A DNA stretch of 63,851 nucleotides, counting the filler, from Octopus bimaculoides (Eukaryota): assembly GCF_001194135.2 (NCBI RefSeq). It is 4 parts of 3 records of this genome, joined end to end, with 100 filler letters (N's around TTAATTAATTAA, not from the genome) between each part and the next. Parts side by side here need not be neighbours in the genome. Positions count along the whole stretch, not along the records: positions 16,783 to 39,680 come from NC_068990.1; 3 more parts are not named here. One strand, given 5' to 3'. Made by a program: the position numbers and the translations under genes. The notes under the pieces are model-generated. The model saw only the letters and a list, made by a program, of their open reading frames with translations, was not told the DNA's origin and ran no database searches. This document shows positions 23,095 through 36,989 of this stretch, piece by piece. Each line of letters begins with the position of its first letter. Within the stretch, counting starts at the first letter, position 1.

Positions 23095-25843
23095 TTAGCT
23101 TTAACAATACGTGTTCTCTTTCAGGATTAATAAGAGCCTCCTCATCTATCATTTGTTTGTACTCTAGGAAAATAAGCATGTATAGATATATCTGCTCACT
23201 TACACATATACTGTGATACTTTCACATAAGCATTGATGTACAGAATAATTTATGTACATAATTTAGTTGAGCTTCTTAGTTACAAGCAACTTTCTATCTC
23301 CTCCCACTCTCCCCCATCACTCATTGTATTTCTTAAGCAGACATAGACACATGTATTCTCACAAATATATCTCCTACCCTTTCTCCCTCACACCTGCTTT
23401 TCATTTGCACACACACACACACACTGACATATTCGCACATAAATGTACAGTGTATCCTCAAATTTATCTTCTTCAGAAATATTCATTTTCTCTTCTGCTT
23501 TATGTATTACCTTTCTTCTACTGTTCTGTTACACACACATACATACACACCACTATACAACATGCTTACATTTGCATCTTTCCTCACATCCACAAAGGCT
23601 TCCATTCACTCTTTTATATTTTATGTATCTTCTTAGTGGAGCCAGATTCCAAACAGAAAGACCAGCAGATTACCCAATGAAAGAGAGTATGTGTGTTGGG
23701 GGAAAGAAAAGCCTTCATAAAAGCCAATTATACCTCATAAAAAACCAAGCTGCCCTAAATATATCCGTAATCCTATAAAAGTGCCCTCACACTTTGACCC
23801 TTAACTCTCTGCCTTAAATCATGCTGCTAACCAGGTGCCTTTTGAGCTAGAAATTGCTTTATGGGTCGTGAATGTTTGCAAAGCAAACTGCTAATACAAT
23901 TTTCAGGTGAAATGTGTATGTGTATATACGTATACATACATACACACATACATATTCACATACATGCATTTTCACATACCTGCAAATGCACATAAATAGT
24001 CACTCCGAACAGACAGATAGTTAGACAGACAATAAGAAGAAAATAAACAGAAACACATGTACACACATTCTAGCAGTTGCGGGTATAGGGTATGACACGT
24101 CGATCAGCAAAGGGTGTTACTGATAGAGTGATCAATTCATAGATAGTTGCATGCATGGAGGAATGGACACAGAGAAAGTAGAACAGATTGCTAGTTTGAC
24201 TAAGTGACATAATATGCACATAAATTTGAATACATTCTTGAAACTCACTCATGCACATACATTGTTTAAAAAAACCCATTCATTCACATGTATTTCTAAC
24301 AAAACTGACACTTCAAACATATACACACCTACACCCTCACTTACCTGCCTATATCTATACATACATACATACATACATACTTGCTGTGTAGGGTCACCTT
24401 TTCAATCACTGAGCCAACATTATTTTCATTTACTTTCTCGATATCAAGTTTTGAATTTCTTTAATATATTATTACTAACATTAAAATGAAATTAGAAGGA
24501 CATATCATAAAAACATTAACTAGCAAGACTGACATTAATATTGTTATACTTTTTTTATGTTGTTCACAGTGATATGTTGACTGCTCTTTCCAGTTTTTCA
24601 TGATACAGCATGTGTATGTTATTTACTCAATATATCTGTATCTCAGTAATAGTGATAACACTTCCCTATACATGCACACACACACACACACACACACACA
24701 CTCTCTCTTCCTCTCCCTCTCTCTCAGCTATCTTTCTCCTCTCTTCAATGTCTCCACATGCTCCCTCTTGCTCCTTTCACTCTTGTTTATTGGTTTCTGA
24801 ACATATGCATAAATACATATATTCCATATAAACACATCCAATTATATATATATATAATGTATGTATAATATTCTGATACAATACAATTCTTGCATATTAC
24901 ATATTTTATACAGTTATTCAGCTATATAATATATTATAGTTATTTAACTATAAAATATTCAAGAGAAATTTTTAAATTGTTTTTTTAAATGTAAACTTTT
25001 TCGATAATGTCTTTTTTTCATTTGTAATTTTTTATATTTCAATATTTTTATGAAATAACTATATTTTTCTGAATACCTATTCCTTGTTACTTTCTTTATC
25101 AAATAATGATTTCAATAACATTCCATTCTCTTAGATTATTTACCAAAGTTGTGGTTGTCTTTGCAATATTTTCATCTTTTCTCCTTCCTCTCTATTTTTC
25201 TTCTACTTTCTTTGATTTCTTCCTCCTTCTTCAACTTCTTTTACTGCTTCTTTCTCATCTTTCATTTCTTTCTCCACTACTTCTTTCACTTCTCCTTTCT
25301 ACTTTGTCTTCTTCCTTTGCTTTTTCTTCTTTCATTTCTTTTCTTCTTCATCTCTTTCCTTCACTTCTTCCAGTAAAACTGACAAACTATCACCAGACTG
25401 AATGCTTCACAGTGTTTAATTAAAATCTTTCTACATCCAGGGTTCATAGTTCTGCCATAGTTAACACTGTTTTTATCCATTACAGATTGATAATTACTGT
25501 ACCAGTAATATACTGGATTTGAATCACTTATACATGCATCCTTAATAATATCCAACCTTCATCATCATTTTCATTTAATGTCCACATTTAATGTCCATGT
25601 TTGCATGTATCAGATAGCAACTGTTGAGACAGATTTTCTATGGTTGGATGCCCTTCCTGTCATCAACCTTCACCTGTTTCCAAGCAAGTTAATATTTTCC
25701 CAGACATGTTTTTCACTGAAAATAGTAAAAGACCAACCTCACTTGTTGATAATGATACTCGTTTTCAGCCAGCATGTGATGTCCTAGACAAAGGCATACA
25801 CAAATGTATAAACACAGATGCATACACATACATATGCATATCA

Positions 25844-26190
25844 TCATCATCATCATCGTCGTCGTTTAATGTCTGCCTTCCATGCTAGCATGGGTTGGAC
25901 GATTTGACTGAGGACTGGTGAAACCAGATGGCTACACTAGGCTCCAATCTGATTTGGCAGAGTTTCTACAGCTGGATGCCCTTCCTAACGCCAACCACTC
26001 AGAGAGTGTAGTGGGTGCTTTTACGTGCCACCGGCACAAAGGCCAGTCAGGCGGTACTGGCAACGGCCATGCTCAAAATGGTGTATTTTATGTGCCACGC
26101 TCAAAATGGTGTATTTTATGTGCCACCCGCACAAGAGCCAGTCCAGGGGCACTGGCAACAATCTCGCTCGAAAGTCCTTACACATGCCGC
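25844..26190 (-). mobile_element. GC-rich non-coding retroposon-like repeat with a (GAT)n tail and internal subrepeats (family 4)
   Basis: Near-identical in reverse complement to 50840-51245; ends in a (GAT)n tail on its sense strand; TTT(T)ATGTGCCAC recurs internally. Confidence 0.8.
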
Positions 26191-27468
26191 AGGCACAAGT
26201 GCCAATATTTATATATGATGGACTTTTTTTGGTTTCCATCTGCCAAATCCATTCACAAGGCATAGGTTGGCCCTAAACTATTAGAAGATACTTGCCCAAG
26301 TATCAATGGGATTGAACCCAAAAGAACATGATTAGAAAGCAAGCTTCTTAACCATACGGCCACAAGTTAATGTCTATTGCAAGACTACATGCCTATGAGA
26401 CCAGAGCTTGTCTCAGTTTCTGTGGTATTTAAGTGACTGAAAGTACACTAGCCCATCACAAGGTTAACCCAACCAGCTGTCACTTGTTCTCATTTTCAGT
26501 AAAAACTGAAATGCCTTGCTCAACGTTTATCGTGCCAACTGGTTCAAGAATCGAATTCATAACCCAACTGCTGTGAACCCAAGATGCAAACCACTGTGCA
26601 ACATGTCATCACAGTCAAAAAAATAAATCATTTCTCTCAAGTTAGTAGAAATTTAAGCCAATATTTCCTGCTATTTGAATTATTTGCAGATAAAATGCTG
26701 TCATGCCAAAACTCTTTGTGATAATGCAAATTATTTTGTTGTCTATTTCATTCCTTCCCTCCCTCTCTCTATTCACCCCTCTCTATCTGTATTTATCTCT
26801 TTATCTATCTATTGTTTTCAGGCTCTCTATGTATATTTTTCTCTCTCTCCTCACCATTCTAATAGGCATCACCTCATAGAAGGAGCTACATGTTTTTACC
26901 ATATATGATGCACTACAGAAACATTTTCTCAGAATGTTTCCTGAAGTAATGTACTTTTCCACATATCTTTTTATAGGCTTCGATCTCAAGCGGAGGTGTA
27001 TCAGTATGAGTCCCACAAAGTTTCTATCAGATTCCAGTTATACTAAATTAGAGTGATGCTCCACAGGTGAGCAAGTTGTACTCTCACTTCAGCTGGACCC
27101 TTGATTCACTATTCCTAATCTAGACACCTTTGCAAAAAGCCTTTTTACATGTCTTTTGAAATAACAGATAGTTTGCACTGAGCATTAGTGGTAAAGATAT
27201 TACCTGTGGCACTGAATTGAACCTAGTGATTGAGATTCTTGCTTTGGTACTTTGAGTTTCTGAGTTCAGCAGCATCAATACAGCCCATCTTCCCTAAGGG
27301 TTTAAGAAATGTCAGTAATTAAAAGGGTATTTTACTGGTTAATTAAGACAATCTTGTATTTATTAATTAAAACTTTAAGATAATTTACTTTTATTAATAA
27401 GTAATTAAACGGTCATTGTAGTTATTACATTGTAGTAAAGGGTATTGAATTTATAAATTAAAAATTAA

Positions 27469-27658
27469 CCCATTAGCATTTATTCTACTTATTTTATGCT
27501 CAAACCAGCCAGATCTGGCATCTCACACCTACTCTACAACATCATTCTAAAACTGATAATAATCATCAAAATCTTGAAGCTATGAGATTATGCATGATTA
27601 ATTCAAAACAATGAATAAATTAGCATGACATTTTATGAATAATCTGAATGCTAAAGGG
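27469..27658. mobile_element. piggyBac-like MITE, 190 bp, TTAA-flanked
   Basis: TTAA|CCCATTAGCATTTA ... TGAATGCTAAAGGG|TTAA. Related copies at 5528-5760, about 41625-42075 (interrupted by a SINE) and 52089-52309. Confidence 0.85.
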
Positions 27659-30600
27659 TTAAAGAAGTTATTAACCTTATAGTTAAAGAGTTGCTGTATT
27701 TATTAATTGAAAGGGGGTTTTGTATGTATTTTTTTTATAAAAATGTAAGTTTGAAACATTTATCTAGTAATAAAAAACCCATTGTACATATTAATTAAGA
27801 AGTAGTATTATTTTATTAACCTAATAATTAAAAGGTTATTGTACTTATTAATTTAAAGGAATATTTACTAATTAAAAATTACTGTATTTATTTGTGTATA
27901 AGCCACACTATTTTATACTTGATATTTTAACTAGGGTCAAAGCTAAAACTATGAAGAGAAAAATTATTAGTGTGACTTATATACAAGTAAAAACAGTAAT
28001 TAAAAATAAAGATTACTTTATTAATCTAGTAATTAAGAGATAAATTATTTTATTAACCCTGGAGAAACAGAAATCAAACTGAACTCAGAAGAGCAACTGA
28101 CCAAATTTATGCACTAAATCCACTAATCCATGTAATTATAGTTAATAATAGAAATTAGGAAATGATAAATTGCATTTAAAAGATACTTCACTAATGTTTG
28201 GACACATTAACCTGCAAGTTCAAGGAGCCACTTGAGTAAATAATAGTAGAATACAATATGCAATTGTTTACCTTGATCTATGTTTACTCTCACAGTTTAA
28301 GTTTTCAAGTTCATGGAGAGCTTTGCTTTTGGTTGATATATAAAACTAATTTTTCTCTTTTTATAAACCTTGGAAATAATAAGGATCTGCATTCAAGTTA
28401 CATCAACTTAATGGCTTAGATGAAGCCTAAGACACATTGCAATCAGGTTTTAGTGAGGTGCACAGAGTAAATAGGATAAGCAATTAAAGGCTAGTGGTTA
28501 CAGAAATTACAGTAAAATCTTGGTGACAAAAACAATATATCTATGAAGAAGAAAGCCAACCTTAGAGAAACATTATTAGTCTGAAGTTTAAATTGAACCT
28601 AACTTGATGTCTATTAAAAAAGCCTAATGATTACAGATTGTTGCAGCAACAATATAAGCAGCAAACTATGATGATTACACTAAAAGAGAAGACACCAGAA
28701 CCCTTGGCTTAAGTCAATGAACTGCACAACATGAATTTTTTTTTAAAGTCTGTTGAACTTTATGACCCTTGATAATAATACTTTCTCTTCAATATCTTCA
28801 TCATTTTTTTCCATCCTCTCTTTCATGCTGGCAGATTTTCCATGGCAATGTTTCATGACTGAATGCTCTCCTTGTAGCCAACTTATTTACTCACTATCTT
28901 ACCATGAGAAATATTACCTTGCTTCAAAACAAGTGTTGGTGGCAGGAAGGATGACATCTGGCCAGAGAAAATTTGCTTCAACAAGTTCCATCTCACTCAT
29001 GCAAGCATGGAAAAGTGGATAGTAAATGATGATGGTATCTTCTGTTGGTATATAGAGGAGAGGATGCACACCATTCCATAGAAAGTTGATTGTCTTTCCT
29101 AAAATCACTGAATTCTATCTATAATGAGACACAGAAGTCAATACTGTGTGTTTTCTAAATACATCTTTTACTTTGCTTGTCTTTTATTTGTTTCAGTCTT
29201 TAGACTGTAGCCATGCTGGGGCACCACTTTTAAGAATTTTCAGTTGAATGAATCAACCTTAGTACTTGTCTTTTTTTAAGCCTGGTACTTTATTCTATCA
29301 GTCTTTTTTGCTGAACTGCCAAGTTACAGGAATGTATACACACCAACACCAGTTGTCAAGTGGTAGTGGGGGACAAGCACAGCTACAAAGACACACACAC
29401 ACACATATATAGAATGGGCTTCTTTCAGTTTCTGTCTACCAAATCCACTCTAGGCTTTGGTTGTCCAAAAGCTATAGCAGAAGACACTTGCCCAACATGT
29501 CACACAGTGGGACTGAGCCTGAAACCATCTGGTTGGAAACCAAACTTCTCACCACACAGCCACGACAATCATGAGACTGTAGGTTTGGTCCCATTGCATT
29601 GCATCATGAGCATATGTCTTTTACCGTATCCTCAATGTAACCAAAGTATTGTGAGTGAAATTGGTTAAACAGAAACTGTACAGCAGCTCATCAGATGGAC
29701 TGTACTTGTAATTCAAAAAGCCAACTTTATCAGAGACTGGTTCTACCTGAGGATCACATTAAGAATAGACATGTGTGTGAGATACTCAGCCATTTATATG
29801 CTAATGCAAAAATTAGGTAGAACATTGAATCTGTCAGAGGATGAGATAAACATTTACTTTTAAATCAACAGTCAGAAATCAATATAAGAACAAATGGGAT
29901 AGCCATGTGATTGAGAAGTATGCTTCTCAACCATGTGGTTTCAGGTTCAGTCCCACTGCACAGCAACTTGGGTAGCTATCTCCTTCTATGACTTTGGGCC
30001 TTGTGAGTGGATTCAGGTGTAGTATTGAGAGAGATAGGTTTAATAATACACCTACACCATTCAGTTGAAGGGTTTTATCTTGTGAGTTACTTGGTAACTT
30101 CATTAGTGCTGGTACCACAAAAAGAAAAGCACCCAGTACACTCTGTGAAGTGGTTGGCATTAGGAAGGAGATCCAGCAGTAGAAACTTTGACAAAACAGA
30201 CATTGGAGTTTAGTGCAATCCTGTGACTCATCTGTTCTTGTTGAACCATCCAACCCACAAGAGCATAAAAAATGGAAATTAAACAATGATGATGATGGTG
30301 TGTGTGTATACACACAGTATACACATACATCACAAAGGTGTATGTTTTTGACAACACATGATAGTTGTAAATTAGTGTCACTGTATTATAATCTGTGTCG
30401 GTCATTTCCAATCTCCTGTGTCCAGTCATGGGAAAATACTGCTTGGAAACAGGTAAGGGTTAGTGACAAAAAGGGCATTCAGCTATAGAAATTCTGCCTC
30501 AGCTAATTCTGTCTGACCCATGCAAGCATGAAAAAGTAGACATTAAAGGGATGATGATGTAAATAAGATTATAATAAAGTTTAGATGAATCTGTGTTTGC

Positions 30601-31717
30601 TTTGTAACATCGGTCTTAATATGAAAAGAAAAAGACCTGCTATTTCCATCAAATTTCCTATATTAGAACCTACAACTTTATTCATTTGCTTCATGTCTGT
30701 TCCTCCATACCAGTATGGGTTTGGATAATGATTGTTTGAAACAGGATTTTACAGCCAGATGCTCTTCTAGTTGTCAACCCTTACCTGTTTTTCAAGTATG
30801 AGATTTCTTTATTCAACAGGTCTTTGAATGCTCAAAGCTTATTTTTTACTTGTTTTACTCTTTGGAGTGTGACCATGTGGAGTACCAACTTGAAGTGGTT
30901 TTAGTTAAAGAGTACCCCAGTACTATTTTTTAAAGTCTGGTATATATTCTATCAGTCTTGTTTGCTAAACTGCTGAGTTATGGAGATGCAAGCAGACCAA
31001 CACCTGTTGTTAAGCAGTGCAGAGGACAAAGACACACACGCAACAGACTTTCTACTCAGTTTTTATGTACCAAATTCACTCACAGAGTATTGGTCAAAGA
31101 ATATCAATATCTATGTGGAATATAAGCATGCACACTCATTCATGTATACATATATGATAAATATATATGTATGTGTGTATGTGCACACACATACACACAC
31201 ACAAAGCTTTCTGCAGTTTTCGTCTGCCAAATTCTCTTGTGGATATATGCCAAAATTATGATGTTGCTATGATTTCATTACTACTAGATTTATAGAAGTA
31301 GAGAGCCATTAAAATATATATGCTAACTAATAAACACACACAGGGCCAACAGTAAAGACTAAAATTCCTGCCCTCAAAATTGGTGGCCTTGTGCCTAAAT
31401 CAAAAACTATTATTATTACCATTATTATTTTCCAACTTTGAGAAAATGCAAATGACTGGGCGTTTTTCTCATGCATGACAGTTTTAAAACCAGTTAATCT
31501 CCAATCTACCTAGAAAATTAATACATTTATGTTGCACCTTAACAAGACTGGACACAACTGCATCAATGAAGTGTATTATGGATCTCACTCGTATTCAATA
31601 TGTTTTATATATTTCAACAACAGATAACAAGTCAACCATGACATCCTTCCTGTGTACAAGTTGGTTTGATTTTTAGAAGAAACATTTTATGGATTTATTC
31701 TATCATACATGTATGTA

Positions 31718-32515
31718 CAGACATGACAGAAGTAAATCGATACACTTATAATCATTAAAATTTATTGAATTCTGAAATTATACATTCCAATTATTTATTA
31801 ATTATTATAATGTGAATATCTAATATCTAGTAGACATGCCCATTGCATTATTCAATGCAAGGACCCTATCAGGCATGCTGCTGATCAGATGACAAATATG
31901 CTCTTGAGGAATTTCTTGCCAAGTTTCATGCAGTAATCTTGAAAGATCTGGTTTTGAGGATGTTTTCTTGTTCTTTTTACAAAGTGTCCTGTACATTATG
32001 TCCCAGATGTGTTCAATAGGGTTCATATCTGGTGACTGGCTTAGCCTTGAAAACTTTTTAATGTCATTCTTTTCCCACCAATCTTGGGTCTTTTTAGCTG
32101 TGTGACAAGGAGCCCTATCTTCCATAAATAAAGTCTTCTTTAATCATTTCACCACTGGAGAAGACTGGAAAGAGTCCTTTCTGAAATATGGAAACATATC
32201 TGAATTTATGTTTCCCTCACACTCCACCAGCTCTGATCGACCATTACTCCAAATTGCTCCCCAGATCATCACAGAATAACCACTGTGTTTCATTGTTGGC
32301 TGCAATCTTTTCAAATCAAATTCTTGATCACAAAGTCTCCAGACCCACACTTGACCACTGTCAAAAAATACAGCAAATCTGAACTCATCGGAAAATATGA
32401 CAGTGTCCCAAAATGCTAGTGGCCTCTCTACCATTTCATTGGCCTAATCTTTTCTCCACTTGATATTAGCTAGCCGAAGTGGCTCCCTTCTTGCTGCTCT
32501 GCCATATTAGCCTCA
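31718..32515 (-). mobile_element. Tc1-family DNA transposon, 5'-truncated; DD34E-type transposase pseudogene
   Basis: WDTVIFSDEFRF...VMIWGAIW...MEDRAPCHTAK...SQSPDMNPIEHIW...SSMPDRVLAL..AMGMSTRY* (31820-32510). TA|CAGACATGACAGAAGTAAATCGATACAC at 31716 is a candidate TIR, inferred from position. Confidence 0.88.
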
Positions 32516-33020
32516 GGTCATATACATATGTATGTGTTTGTTTATATATGCAGGCATAGCTGTGTGGTAAGAAGTTTGCTTCCCAACCATATGGCTCCGG
32601 GTTCAGCTCCACTGCATGGCATGTTGGTTGAATGCCTTTTACTGTAACCTCAGGTCAACCAAAGCTTTGTGAGTGCTTTTGGTAGATGGGAACTGTGGAG
32701 AAACCTGACAGCTGTCCTGGGCCTGATATCAACTTGTTCTGCTATATCAGAGGCCTTGCAATGAGGATTATCCTCCACACTTCTCTTAACAAAGCAAAGG
32801 GTGCAGTCAGACGGCCCTAGTTGACCTGCAATGGGTGAAAATCAATGAAATAGAAACAGTAATGTACTGTATTTTTTCTTTGTGCATATTTATTTTATTA
32901 TAAATGCAAAACAACACCATGGAGGAATTGACGTAAGCTTAAATAATAAACCATGTTAGGTGAACAGCGATATGGCAAGGGATTACTGTATGTGTGTATA
33001 TATACGTGTGTGTGCGTGCT

Positions 33021-33067
<47 letters not shown>

Positions 33068-34954
33068 GCATGTATCTCTGTGTGTGTATATATATATATA
33101 TATNNNNNNNNNNNNNNNNNNNNNNNNNNNNNNNNNNNNNNNNNNNNNNNNNNNNNNNNNNNNNNNNNNNNNNNNNNNNNNNNNNNNNNNNNNNNNNNNN
33201 NNNNNNNNNNNNNNNNNNNNNNNNNNNNNNNNNNNNNNNNNNNNNNNNNNNNNNNNNNNNNNNNNNNNNNNNNNNNNNNNNNNNNNNNNNNNNNNNNNNN
33301 NNNNNNNNNNNNNNNNNNNNNNNNNNNNNNNNNNNNNNNNNNNNNNNNNNNNNNNNNNNNNNNNNNNNNNNNNNNNNNNNNNNNNNNNNNNNNNNNNNNN
33401 NNNNNNNNNNNNNNNNNNNNNNNNNNNNNNNNNNNNNNNNNNNNNNNNNNNNNNNNNNNNNNNNNNNNNNNNNNNNNNNNNNNNNNNNNNNNNNNNNNNN
33501 NNNNNNNNNNNNNNNNNNNNNNNNNNNNNNNNNNNNNNAAATCCACTGTCACATACAGAAAAATTAATAAGTAAAAGCACAGTAAATAAGTATAATATAA
33601 TACAAAGTAAATATCTTAAGATAATGATAATAAAACGACTACACGTGTTTCATAACCAATTTTCAAATAGAAAGAATATTTAAATCGATTAAAACTATCG
33701 AAAATCAATTCTATTCAAAAATATAGCTAATCTTCAGGTCAAAATACAACAATAATAATAAAAGAATGTATATATCAACCAACAATAAATAACAAATGAA
33801 TGTATATAAAATACTTATTATATTAAGATAGAAAAATATTTAAAATATCAAAATTATAAACGTTCCATAATCAATCCTACGTCCATTATAATACAAGCTA
33901 ACAGGAATATTATATGCAAAAACCAACTTTAACGAATCTTTCGTTTAAAATACAATTTGAACGAAGTTTTAGGTTAAAATGATAAAGATAGAAGTAGCAC
34001 ATATCTAAACGATGCAATAGTTTAAACTAAAAGATTTTAGACTAAAACGTTTATTTGAAAGAAGTCTCGTGAAAAGATTGCGTAAAGAAAAAGAATAGAA
34101 TAAATAGATATAAAAACATGAATGAAGCTTTATATAACTTAAGTCATAATAAAACAATTAACGATATTGTATAATCAAAGAAATTAAATAAAAAGACTAG
34201 TTATTTATCCCATAAAATAAAAAGAAATATTAAACAGTATTAATGGAAAAAATACAACCCTAATCTAATCGAAGTCTTAGTTTAGGCTAAGACGATAAAC
34301 TTACTACTAAATTAATTTAGTGTTAAAAAAGATATTGACTAAAATTATCATTAAAAATCAATTGAATAATATAAAAATACATATTTTTTTCAAACAATGA
34401 TATAAAGTCATTTAACAAAGGTAAAAACGATAGTTATCGCTACGCTGCTGCAGTTTAAACTAAAATTAAGACGTTAAACTCAGAACTAAAGCGTTTATTA
34501 GAAAGAGGTCGCGTGAAGATATTACGTTAAGATAAAGAATAGAAAAAAGAGATATAAAAACATGAATGAAAGAATTATTTATAAAATCATGGATGAAAGA
34601 TTTAAACTTTATATAACCTACATCGTAATAAAACAATTAGCTATATTGTAAAACATTTTAATGAACTTTAAATTCTAAGTAATTATAAATTTTAAATAAG
34701 ACTAAGAAACATAACTTAAATAATATATATGAAATAAGCTAAAATACTATTATTAATTTAATTAATTAAAATATTTATATTATTAATCTTATAAAAATCG
34801 CAGTTTCATTACAATATTAAATCCTTAAACTCATTAAAGTATTAACGTACCAATAAATACACAATTAATAAATATAAATTATAATTGCTACATTTAATAA
34901 AGAAGGAATAGTATAAACAAACACACTCTCATACACGCCCACACACACACACAC

Positions 34955-34985
<31 letters not shown>

Positions 34986-35644
34986 CATACATATATACAT
35001 ATACGCCTATATATATACAGACAACATACACACACATATATAAATACATACATACACACATATATATACATACTAACACATACAGACTAAAAAACACACT
35101 CACATATATACATATACCCATACATATACATACATATACATATATGTATATATATATAAACATACATATACACACATACACTCATATATATANNNNNNNN
35201 NNNNNNNNNNNNNNNNNNNNNNNNNNNNNNNNNNNNNNNNNNNNNNNNNNNNNNNNNNNNNNNNNNNNNNNNNNNNNNNNNNNNNNNNNNNNCATCTTTG
35301 AAATCCGTGTTGCTTATTTTGATTATATATATATATATATATTCCCTGCTTTTAGGTCACTTTAAACAGAACCCTTGATTCATTAAAACTGTGTATAAAC
35401 TTTGTATTTGGAATGACCAATTTCAAAGACTGCTGGATTTTACTCATGGGGTATTGAAATCCTAATAATGGATTTACAAATGCAATGTTCAATCTTAAAG
35501 ACTATTGGATTTTACTCACAAGATATTGGAATCTTATATGTATACCATTCTATCTAAACAATGGATTTACAAATACAATATCCCTACATTCACTCTCTAT
35601 TTCCTATCTTATCTAAACTAACTATTGCTTAACCATCCTCTCAC

Positions 35645-35697
35645 GCCGCCTTCGATGAAGGGATATAATAAATATCCTGGAAACAGCTATAAGACCT
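35645..35697 (+). ncRNA. Degenerate hammerhead motif in a short TA-anchored repeat (about 35293-35770)
   Basis: TCGATGA, stem II AGGGATAT/ATATCCT, GAAA, CAGCTA-TA. The core and cleavage triplet carry substitutions relative to CTGATGA...GAAACAGCTGTA. Confidence 0.45.
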
Positions 35698-36989
35698 TCT
35701 ATTTATAAATGTTATAAAATATACACACACTTGGTTTTTTATCTCATTACGAAAATCAAATCCTTATATATATATATAACGGTGATTGGGTACCGCTTTT
35801 ATAAGAGTGTTTTATCTTCTTTATATGGTTTCGACTTGGAATAGATAATAAATATATTTTATTTCTTGAGTCGGAATCTATATTGATAAACCCGTCATTT
35901 ATAACTTAATTATAAATATTATCACTATACATAAATATTAACTCAAGCTACATAAACGCCGTGATAAATTATATACATCAAAACGCTGAAACGTACATGT
36001 TAAAACGTACATGTATGTTGAAGATAAAAAAGTTTGTGTTCTTTTTTTACCACTATAAAAAAAAAACAGTTTCATAGTTGGTGAAATAAATTTCATTAAC
36101 AGGTTGAAGAAAATGAAGAAAGAGAAATTATTTACTACATTAGTTTATTTATGTACATTTAATATTTACAGTAAATTTAGAAGTCAAAGAAATTCGTCGC
36201 AGAGAGTTACGACATAATATTTATACTAGTTAATTCTTTCATACTAAACTACCAGAGTTTACACAACAATTCAAATAAGTCTTGTTGGATTTAAGTAATC
36301 GATATGGCATAAAAATAGCCAATATCTCAAAGCAGTGTGTCATGGAAATGAGTGACAACCAACGAACACTAGTATGAGTGTCTTAAATCACTAGGATGAG
36401 TGTCGCGGAGTCTATTGACAACCAACGAACACTGATTAATATCCCAAAAATCAGGGTTTTTATAACTGCTCCTACCTGAATTCTAAGAACCGTATTTCGT
36501 GAAAGATTTCTCTTTGATGAAAGTTTAGAATTCAAATATGGGCAGTAATTTTAACCAATGGGAAACTAACAATTATACTTGTTCGGGCAACATGACCATT
36601 ACGTCATATTACCGCCTTTTACGATTTGCTACATAAGACCTTAACCAGAAAAATTGTTACAATTTTTCAAAAAAAAATGTTAATAATACAAATATATTTC
36701 AATACAATGTTTAAATTAATATTTTTAGCAAGTCAAATATACAAATTTACAATGTTAAATAAATGAAAATAACCGATCATCACGGTTTCACAGCGTTCTT
36801 GTAAAGTTTATCAAATTGTTCAGTCTAATTTCTCTGGAAAAAAAATTACGAATCTTTTTTAAAAAAGTATTCCAGGAATATAAAAGTTATGAGGAATATA
36901 TTCAAACAAACTGAGAAAGTCTTTTGGCAAAATGTATAATTCTACCACATCTAGTTTTCTTTTCGCTGGTAGGTGATCTTAAAATTTAC

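Noticed and set aside
23638-23687. Candidate 50-nt exon (AG|TGGAGCC...GAGA|GTATGT); similar isolated candidates at about 26977-27066 and 61332-61384
   Set aside because: No neighbouring exons or recognisable protein, and some have stops in all frames; cannot be supported without transcripts.
33539-34060. Ciliate-code (TAA/TAG = Gln) reading suggesting parasite contamination
   Set aside because: A TGA-free run of this length is not improbable at this AT content, the translation is not protein-like, and the contig continues into host-type microsatellites.
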